31,648 nucleotides of DNA. It comes from a virus. Lineage: Duplodnaviria > Caudoviricetes. The translations under genes were made by a program, and so were the position numbers. The notes under the pieces are model-generated. The model searched no databases. It had not been told where the DNA came from and saw nothing but the letters and a program-made list of their open reading frames with translations. The stretch spans positions 1-31,648 of the IMG/VR virus record IMGVR_UViG_3300001471_000024. One strand, 5' to 3'. Shown one piece after another: positions 1-5,911 of the stretch (position 1 is the first letter of the stretch; each line of letters starts with the position of its first letter).

Positions 1-97
1 GTGATTAATGGTTAGATTTTGCACTTGCGCGATTTGGACGTTGCAGTCAAGCGCAAAGCAGTTGATTTTTGCGGGGCAGAAAGGGGAGCGCAAGTGA
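1..97 (+). repeat. 97-bp exact direct repeat, copy 1 (may extend upstream of the window)
   Basis: Identical to 528..624. It contains the end of an upstream ORF (GTG ATT AAT GGT TAG), an imperfect dyad (TTGCGC...GCGCAA), a purine-rich SD (AAGGGGAG) and the GTG start of the next gene. Confidence 0.97.
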
Positions 98-327
98 AGC
101 TGGAATATTATGTGGTTGTGCCGGACGAATTGGGCGCAGGGATTCGCGGATTAACCGATGAGATAACTGTTGAAATCAAGGACCGCTCACCAGACCGAGA
201 GACGATAGAAGCTGCAACGGAACATTTTAGGTGTGCGATTCGAGAATGGTACGGCAGCGGACGCGTTTACTCAAAGAAAGAATTCCACGATTGGTATGTA
301 TTAGATGAAAACGAGGAAATCCCATGA
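94..327 (+). CDS. hypothetical protein (77 aa)
   Basis: GTG at 94 follows the SD inside the repeat. The stop overlaps the next ATG (ATGA). The ORF-track start at 19 is a TTG within the repeat and is less likely. Confidence 0.7.
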   Translation: MKLEYYVVVPDELGAGIRGLTDEITVEIKDRSPDRETIEAATEHFRCAIREWYGSGRVYSKKEFHDWYVLDENEEIP

Positions 328-542
328 GACGTAAATTCTTTCAGCAACTAGCAGCACTGCTCGTGGCTCCGAAACTAGTCTCACAGAGCCAAAAACTCCA
401 GCACATCACGCTTTGGAGCGGTGGCGTGGCAGTGAAGGAATGGGACAGCTGCGATGACTGCTGGCACATTTGCCTAGATGGGCTAACGGAAGATGGGTTG
501 AAATCACTGGCTCGATGGGCACAAGGCGTGATTAATGGTTAG
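324..542 (+). CDS. hypothetical protein (72 aa) with twin-arginine-like N-terminus
   Basis: GAGGA SD and ATGA coupling to the previous gene. N-terminus is MRRKFFQQLAALLVAP. It ends VING* inside repeat copy 2. Confidence 0.65.
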   Translation: MRRKFFQQLAALLVAPKLVSQSQKLQHITLWSGGVAVKEWDSCDDCWHICLDGLTEDGLKSLARWAQGVING

Positions 543-624
543 ATTTTGCACTTGCGCGATTTGGACGTTGCAGTCAAGCGCAAAGCAGTTGATTTTTGCG
601 GGGCAGAAAGGGGAGCGCAAGTGA
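528..624 (+). repeat. 97-bp exact direct repeat, copy 2
   Basis: Identical to 1..97 (offset 527 bp); the copies diverge immediately after GTGA. Confidence 0.97.
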
Positions 625-767
625 GCGTGCTGTCGAAAGAAGAAACGGATGACCTGCGTGAAGATAATCTGTTCAAAATGTACTGGACTCGCAGGCTCAG
701 GGAAGACCTTTTAGATACGATTGATGCTCTTCGCAAGCAACTTGTTGAACTTGGGAGAAATACATGA
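621..767 (+). CDS. hypothetical small helical protein (48 aa)
   Basis: GTG at 621 follows the repeat-borne SD; MSVLSKEETDDLRED...; the stop overlaps ATG 764. Confidence 0.65.
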   Translation: MSVLSKEETDDLREDNLFKMYWTRRLREDLLDTIDALRKQLVELGRNT

Positions 768-880
768 ACTTGGGTGCATTTCTTATCGGAGTTTTTGTGG
801 GGCTAGTTTTATCGTGCGGCCTAGCGTTAGTTATTCTCGCCCTGATTGGAGCGGGGCAGAAAGGGGAAAAGGGAAAATGA
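764..880 (+). CDS. small single-pass membrane peptide (38 aa)
   Basis: Own translation: MNLGAFLIGVFVGLVLSCGLALVILALIGAGQKGEKGK. GGGAG SD; ATGA overlaps at both ends. Confidence 0.7.
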   Translation: MNLGAFLIGVFVGLVLSCGLALVILALIGAGQKGEKGK

Positions 881-1326
881 GCACACTACAAAATCTTCCG
901 CGTTGTCCAAGCTGTAAGAGTGCATGGATAGTTAGGCAGACTCGCGGTACCTTGCCAGAGGACTGGCACTGTGAACATTGCGGGCATAACTTCGATGAGC
1001 CATTGAAGGAAATTACAGAGCCTCCAACCAGCGAGCCGCCACAGTTTCCATCAAAGGGGACTCTGGAAGCCGATATTCACGAATTGCGAGGTCACTCTTT
1101 CGTCAGTTACAGCCTGCGAGAGAAGGTGCTGCGCGTATGCAAAGTAGCAGAAGAATCGAGCCACGCAGCGTCATCCCATACAGTGGCAAAGGCGCGATTA
1201 GAAGAAGCAAAGTGGTGGGCGGATTACCACAACGGTTCTTGGGCTGGAAAGGGATGTGAACAATGTAAGCGAATCGCTGCGCTGGAGGCTGCCTTATCTG
1301 GCGCGGAGCAGGGAGGGCACAAGTGA
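877..1326 (+). CDS. zinc-ribbon-containing hypothetical protein
   Basis: ATG 877 is coupled to the previous stop. CPSC...CEHC near the N-terminus and a further CEQC near the C-terminus. Confidence 0.7.
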   Translation: MSTLQNLPRCPSCKSAWIVRQTRGTLPEDWHCEHCGHNFDEPLKEITEPPTSEPPQFPSKGTLEADIHELRGHSFVSYSLREKVLRVCKVAEESSHAASSHTVAKARLEEAKWWADYHNGSWAGKGCEQCKRIAALEAALSGAEQGGHK

Positions 1327-1451
1327 TAATTTTAATCGTACCTTTTCTACTTCTCGCATTCTTCGCCTACCTGGATTATCGCAGGGACGTGAAGAGTATG
1401 GAGATGCGTAAATCGCGGCGCACCGGGACACAGCAGGCGGGCGAGCGGTGA
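1323..1451 (+). CDS. small membrane-anchored peptide (42 aa)
   Basis: Own translation: MIILIVPFLLLAFFAYLDYRRDVKSMEMRKSRRTGTQQAGER. GGGAGG SD; GTGA overlaps at both ends. Confidence 0.65.
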   Translation: MIILIVPFLLLAFFAYLDYRRDVKSMEMRKSRRTGTQQAGER

Positions 1452-1846
1452 GATTCGACCCTGCCAAGATTAAAGAGTACGAAGGCGCTACTAGAGACGG
1501 CCCGCGAGAAGTGGATATTATACTTAGTGCTGACCTTAGAGCCTTACATCTCGGATGCGTAGAGAGGGAGGTGCGCTTTCATGCCATCAGAAAATGGACA
1601 TTCGACTTTGCAATCAGAAAGGTGCATCTCGCTTGCGAAATTGAAGGAGCAGTCTGGACAATGGGAAGGCATACCCGAGGAAGTGGTTTCGTTGCAGATT
1701 GCGTTAAATACAATAATGCAACTGCGCTGGGATGGACTGTGTTTCGTTTCCCGACGCAAGCTATCCTGGTGGGAGAGGCTCGTGAGATTCTTTTACTTTG
1801 GAAGAAGAACGCGCTTGACAATCAGGTAAAGACTGTATCAAGATAG
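1448..1846 (+). CDS. PD-(D/E)XK (Vsr/DUF559-like) endonuclease
   Basis: EVRFHAIRKWTFDFA...ACEIEGAVW..GRHTRGSGF..DC.KYN.A..LGW.VFRF, a pattern common in phage nucleases found upstream of terminases. Confidence 0.8.
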   Translation: MRFDPAKIKEYEGATRDGPREVDIILSADLRALHLGCVEREVRFHAIRKWTFDFAIRKVHLACEIEGAVWTMGRHTRGSGFVADCVKYNNATALGWTVFRFPTQAILVGEAREILLLWKKNALDNQVKTVSR

Positions 1847-1889
1847 CCGCGACTAGAGAGCAACACGCGGCTCACCAGGCGTTCTGGTG
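1815..1889 (+). promoter_or_regulatory. possible promoter and structured leader for the packaging/late operon
   Basis: Perfect TTGACA at 1815-1820 with only a weak -10 (CAAGAT, 18-bp spacer). Two short hairpins follow (GCCGCG 1846/CGCGGC 1866; CACCAG 1873/CTGGTG 1884). Confidence 0.35.
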
Positions 1890-1900
1890 CACCCAATCGA

Positions 1901-2146
1901 TTGAAAGCTAACGCACGCCTATGCATCTTAGCTTACGGGTCATCTGGACATATTGGGCCTTCGCAATGCTCTTCCTTACCTCCGCACTCGCATTATTCTC
2001 CTGGACGTGTGAAAGAGATGATAGCAAGAGGTGAATTACGAGAATCGAACGGGGTATTTCGCAAGACTTTAAGACATGCAGATAGGTTGACTTGGGCACC
2101 GCGCATAAGCGGGCTTTACGGCCCCACGGTGATGCAGAGCGTATGA
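1901..2146 (+). CDS. hypothetical protein
   Basis: Fills the gap before TerS and its stop overlaps the TerS ATG (ATGA). Start (TTG) uncertain. Confidence 0.5.
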   Translation: MKANARLCILAYGSSGHIGPSQCSSLPPHSHYSPGRVKEMIARGELRESNGVFRKTLRHADRLTWAPRISGLYGPTVMQSV

Positions 2147-2508
2147 GCGAAACACAGACAAATCTCTCTGGTATCAATGAAAATAGCCTACGCAACCTCA
2201 TTCCCTATAAGCCCGGACAATCTGGCAATCCTTCAGGACGCCCCAAGAAGAAGCCTCTCACTGAAGCACTGGAAGCTGAGTTAACTCCTGAGGTTTGTAA
2301 GCGCATAGCTCAGAAGTTCGTATTGGCTGCCGAGATAGGTAGTGTTCCTCACTTCGAGCAGGTAATCAATCGCGTAGAAGGTAAAGCAGACTCAGGAGAC
2401 GGTGAAGGGTCAGGCAATGTCTCTATTACCATCCGACTCGACGTACCGCGCCCAACAGTACTGGGGCAGACGGTATCTCTCAAAGCGCAAGATGACAACG
2501 CCGGTTGA
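2143..2508 (+). CDS. terS: terminase small subunit (DUF5681-like N-terminus)
   Basis: NLIPYKPGQSGNPSGRPK motif, C-terminal beta-strand (NVSITIRLD), and position upstream of TerL. Confidence 0.75.
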   Translation: MSETQTNLSGINENSLRNLIPYKPGQSGNPSGRPKKKPLTEALEAELTPEVCKRIAQKFVLAAEIGSVPHFEQVINRVEGKADSGDGEGSGNVSITIRLDVPRPTVLGQTVSLKAQDDNAG

Positions 2509-2725
2509 TGCAGCAATACTCGCGGAGATTGGTCTGCTATACCTGCGGAATAAGAATCTTGAGTCGCAGCTCGCCAGCGCAAAGCATTATGTCGAGAAGG
2601 CGGAAAAGACCGCTTATCCTAATGGTTGCCAAGTTGCGGTCCCGCCGTATTGGGATAGGACAATAGAGGCAACGACTGAGACATGCCATCGACCACTGCC
2701 TTGCATAGTTCACGATGCCAGTTGA
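2492..2725 (+). CDS. hypothetical protein (77 aa) between terS and terL
   Basis: ATG 2492 overlaps the terS end and the ORF overlaps the terL start; short coiled-coil followed by a Cys/His tail. Confidence 0.55.
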   Translation: MTTPVDAAILAEIGLLYLRNKNLESQLASAKHYVEKAEKTAYPNGCQVAVPPYWDRTIEATTETCHRPLPCIVHDAS

Positions 2726-4223
2726 AGTAAGCACGGAGGAAATACGAGTAAGCAGCGTTTACCAGCCGTGGCCGAAGCAAGCAGTCTTCCACAGCAGCCC
2801 GGCACGTTTCCGTTTATTTGGTGGAGCGCAGGGACCTGGGAAATCATTGGCCTTACTATGGGAAGCGATACTCCACTGTTTGCAATATCCTGGCTCGAAC
2901 GCGCTCTTGCTGAGGCGCACATGTCCAGAATTAGACAGCACGCTAATCGACCATTTCCAGAAGCACGTACTGGGCAAGATACCTGACACTGCAGCATGGA
3001 GGGGAACATTTGGAGGTCGTAAGTCGTTCAATCAGACGGCAAGATTACACCGCTTTCCTAATGGCAGTGTATTACGTTTTGGGTATTGTGAACGTTTTTC
3101 ACATGTCTACAATTACGATGGAGCCGAGTACGTATTCATTGGATTTGATGAGCTTACACAATTTCCTTTTCGCATCTGGGAACATCTTCGCCTCAGGAAC
3201 CGCTGCCCTGTCCCCGGCGCACGTCCATGTATGGCAGGAGCAACCAATCCTGGCGGTGAAAACTCCGAATGGGTAAAAGCCCTGTGGATAGACCGCAAGC
3301 CATTCATGGGCATGGAAGCGTACCAGTATGACCCAGGGGACTATGAGTTCATTCCGGCTTCCGTGTGGGACAACCCTATCTTTGCAAACGATGCTGAGTA
3401 CCTCAAGAACCTCCAGCAGATGTCGCCCGCGTTGCGAGCCCAGAGACTTGAGGGAAGGTGGGATAAATTTGAAGGACAGTTCTTTTCTAACTTTCATCCT
3501 CTGCGTCATGTGTGGGACACTCGAAATAACCCGTTCAGAATCCCCGTATGGTGGCCCAAATGGATTGGAATTGACTGGGGCTTCGCGCATCACAGCTCTA
3601 TCGGCTGGTACACGACAGGCAATGTTACGATGGGCAAAGAGGTTCGCAAGGTCAATCTCAAATATCGTGAGCTTGTCACCAAGGAAAAGACAGCAGAGCA
3701 GCTTGCCGAGATGATAGCCACGATGACGGAAGGCGAAGTGATTAGCTCTATCTACCTGAGCCCAGACGCTTTCGCTCGCAAGGATAACTTCCGCACAGTA
3801 GCCATTCAGATGTCAGAAGCCCTACAGAAGCATGGTTTACCCTTCTGCGCTGCTGCGGATAACGACCGAGTAGGAGGCTGGAACCTGATGTACCAGCTAA
3901 TCGAGATGGACGACTTCATGGTGTTCGATACCTGCCCTTATACGATTAACGCTATTCCCGCGGTGATGCGCGACCCTGAGCACCTTGAGGACGTGAAGAA
4001 GTCGGAGTCTATTGCCGATGACATCTGCGACGAGACGCGGTACGCACTGAAGAGCTATTTGCAGCCGCGTAATATCCCTGCCGAGATTGTGTACCAGGAG
4101 AAGCTGGCAGCGATTGCTGACCCGACAAGCAAGGTGTTCTTCGCGTATCGCCATTTAATGGAGCAACAAGCTGATGGCCCTGTGAAGATGAACTCTAAGC
4201 CAAGATGGGCGGTGAATCAGTGA
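2715..4223 (+). CDS. terL: terminase large subunit
   Basis: Q-motif (PWPKQ), Walker A GGAQGPGKS, Walker B IGFDE, coupling motif ATNPGG, nuclease GIDWG and DDICDETRY. Confidence 0.96.
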   Translation: MPVEVSTEEIRVSSVYQPWPKQAVFHSSPARFRLFGGAQGPGKSLALLWEAILHCLQYPGSNALLLRRTCPELDSTLIDHFQKHVLGKIPDTAAWRGTFGGRKSFNQTARLHRFPNGSVLRFGYCERFSHVYNYDGAEYVFIGFDELTQFPFRIWEHLRLRNRCPVPGARPCMAGATNPGGENSEWVKALWIDRKPFMGMEAYQYDPGDYEFIPASVWDNPIFANDAEYLKNLQQMSPALRAQRLEGRWDKFEGQFFSNFHPLRHVWDTRNNPFRIPVWWPKWIGIDWGFAHHSSIGWYTTGNVTMGKEVRKVNLKYRELVTKEKTAEQLAEMIATMTEGEVISSIYLSPDAFARKDNFRTVAIQMSEALQKHGLPFCAAADNDRVGGWNLMYQLIEMDDFMVFDTCPYTINAIPAVMRDPEHLEDVKKSESIADDICDETRYALKSYLQPRNIPAEIVYQEKLAAIADPTSKVFFAYRHLMEQQADGPVKMNSKPRWAVNQ

Positions 4224-4495
4224 CGGTACAGAACCTTAGAGACTTCCTACGCATCCTGTTCCGCTCTACGGCAACACGCCTGCGCGAAGAACGCATTGCA
4301 GACCTTGAGCAGCAGCGGGATTACTTCAAGGGACGGGCAGAGCGGCTAGAGCTAATGATGATGAGGCCAGGACTTCTGAGTACTCCGTCTAGACCTGAGC
4401 CAGACGCACAGACTTTTCGACCTTCCAGGCCCAGCCTTGCGCAGTTGCAGCAAGAACTAACCGAACGTGAAACTCAACAGGAAAAGGAGAACTAG
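4220..4495 (+). CDS. hypothetical coiled-coil protein
   Basis: GTGA overlap with the terL stop; heptad-like LREERIADLEQQRDYFKGRAERLEL. Confidence 0.7.
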   Translation: MTVQNLRDFLRILFRSTATRLREERIADLEQQRDYFKGRAERLELMMMRPGLLSTPSRPEPDAQTFRPSRPSLAQLQQELTERETQQEKEN

Positions 4496-4497
4496 CT

Positions 4498-4776
4498 ATG
4501 GCAGCGATAATTGCAAACGTATCAGGGGTGAACACGGAACGCATCGTGCTGACCTCGAATAGCTCGCTACAGATTATCGGGGGCTATGACGGACAGTTGC
4601 TGAACCTGATTATCCAGCAGGACGGCACAGGCTCGCGCACGCTGTCTTACACGAACGTGCCGAACGGTACGACCGTGAACTCGACGGCAGGCAACAGCAC
4701 GAGCCAGTTGCTTACCTACAACATCATCAGCGGAAATTGGGGCTTCTACGCAGTATCAGTACCAGCAGGCGGCTAA
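4498..4776 (+). CDS. small beta-rich putative virion protein
   Basis: AAGGAG SD. GQLLNLIIQQDGTGSRTL motif recalls domains in phage fibre proteins. Confidence 0.7.
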   Translation: MAAIIANVSGVNTERIVLTSNSSLQIIGGYDGQLLNLIIQQDGTGSRTLSYTNVPNGTTVNSTAGNSTSQLLTYNIISGNWGFYAVSVPAGG

Positions 4777-4893
4777 GGAAGTGGAGCACGTGTTGTTTAT
4801 ACTGGATGCGTGCCAAGCTACCCCAGTTCCCACTCTTCTCAGCGATAAAGCATCGAAGAATGTCGTGGATAATATAGCACAAAGGAGAATCGC

Positions 4894-5172
4894 ATGTCAC
4901 ACGTTGAGATTGAAAGGCGAGTCAGCAAGGCTGCATATTCAGGGAAGGAACGGCGTTTGCCACCTAAGCCCGCGGTAGAAGCGAAGTGGTCAGGATTGGA
5001 GCGGCGCATGAAGGTTGGTGTCTCACCGACAGGCAAAGAGCGTCGAGTGGCAAAGGCTGCCGCACCTCCAGTTCCAGCAGGGCTGCATTCCCAAGCTGTG
5101 TACAGCGGACCGGAACGGCGCAGAGCGGCTGGCGTTGGTCCAAACGGCGTAGAACGACGCAAGGTGCTCTAA
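4894..5172 (+). CDS. Arg-rich repeat protein (six ERR motifs), candidate c-di-GMP-binding protein
   Basis: AAGGAG SD. Motifs VEIERR, YSGKERR, WSGLERR, PTGKERR, YSGPERR, PNGVERR. The stop overlaps the next ATG. The function is inferred. Confidence 0.75.
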   Translation: MSHVEIERRVSKAAYSGKERRLPPKPAVEAKWSGLERRMKVGVSPTGKERRVAKAAAPPVPAGLHSQAVYSGPERRRAAGVGPNGVERRKVL

Positions 5173-5525
5173 TGGCGTATCAGGCCAAGAGTGGCAAGAG
5201 ATACGAGAACCACGAGATAGGCCGCTCCGCCGACCGCTCTGGTGGTAGTCCGATGCCCCAAGCTAAAGCCATGCCGCAAGGCGAGGAACAGCCTGGACAG
5301 GGCAATATGGAGCAGCCTATCGAGGAAGTGGTTGGCGCTCACGGGCCAGCCGATGAGATGGAGATTCACTCGAAGCATCGGGATGGTCACGTGCACAAGG
5401 CCAAGCACCACGACGCACATTCGGCTCATCACCACGTCGATACCGCGATGCCTCAACAGCAAGAGGAGCAAGGCGGTGGAGATATTGGCGGGATGTCGGA
5501 GCACAAGGGCTTTCAGGCTGTCTAA
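5172..5525 (+). CDS. His-rich, probably disordered protein (117 aa)
   Basis: TAATG coupling to the previous gene; contains HSKHRDGHVHKAKHHDAHSAHHHVD. Confidence 0.75.
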   Translation: MAYQAKSGKRYENHEIGRSADRSGGSPMPQAKAMPQGEEQPGQGNMEQPIEEVVGAHGPADEMEIHSKHRDGHVHKAKHHDAHSAHHHVDTAMPQQQEEQGGGDIGGMSEHKGFQAV

Positions 5526-5568
5526 CCTTGCAACGAGAGGGACGCTTGAGACAGGGGGTAAGAGCGTA

Positions 5569-5748
5569 GTGGACTCCTCCGAAGTGAAACGTGAAGATGG
5601 CATCTTGCAAGGTGCCCCCGAACACAACCCGATGGAATGCCGCGGCGACAATGGCGGAAAATGTTGCGCCGATGACCCATGCTGGAGTTGTATCCAGTGG
5701 GCCTTCGACACGCTAGAGGATATACAACGTGCCTTGGCTACCCGGTGA
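5569..5748 (+). CDS. small Cys-rich hypothetical protein (59 aa)
   Basis: GTG 5569 after AGGGGG; contains CRGDNGGKCCADDPCWSC; fills the gap before the next gene. Confidence 0.5.
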   Translation: MDSSEVKREDGILQGAPEHNPMECRGDNGGKCCADDPCWSCIQWAFDTLEDIQRALATR

Positions 5749-5911
5749 CGCCAGCGCCAAGACTCACAAAGCCGACACGCCCAAGAAGAAACGACAGTGG
5801 GCGCACGTTGCTGACTCTGCCCTGTCTCGCACTGGCGATGAAGGGTTGGCAGTCCGCGAAGCTAACAGCGTCATAGACAAAGCCAAGAAACGGGCCAAGA
5901 GTGGATACTAG
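5729..5911 (+). CDS. small basic protein, ChaB-like
   Basis: GAGGA SD and GTG start. MPW...RQWAHVADSAL...DEGLAVREANSVI resembles the ChaB-family pattern. Confidence 0.6.
   Translation: MPWLPGDASAKTHKADTPKKKRQWAHVADSALSRTGDEGLAVREANSVIDKAKKRAKSGY

Noticed and set aside
19-93. Shared N-terminus MHLRDLDVAVKRK... of ORFs 19..327 and 546..767 as a duplicated protein domain
   Set aside because: It comes from a TTG start inside the DNA repeat with no SD; the SD-supported GTG starts are at 94 and 621.
481-544. Integron attC-like site (GGCTAAC...GTTAGAT with AATCAC/GTGATT inside)
   Set aside because: The left box is not RYYYAAC, the spacing between boxes is asymmetric, it lies within a coding region, and no integron integrase is seen.
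1-624. CRISPR array or terminal repeat explanation for the 97-bp repeat
   Set aside because: Only two copies, far too long, separated by 430 bp of coding sequence, and not at opposite ends of the window.
721-876. N-terminal extension of ORF 721..1326
   Set aside because: It overlaps the better supported 764..880 membrane peptide; ATG 877 is coupled to that peptide's stop.
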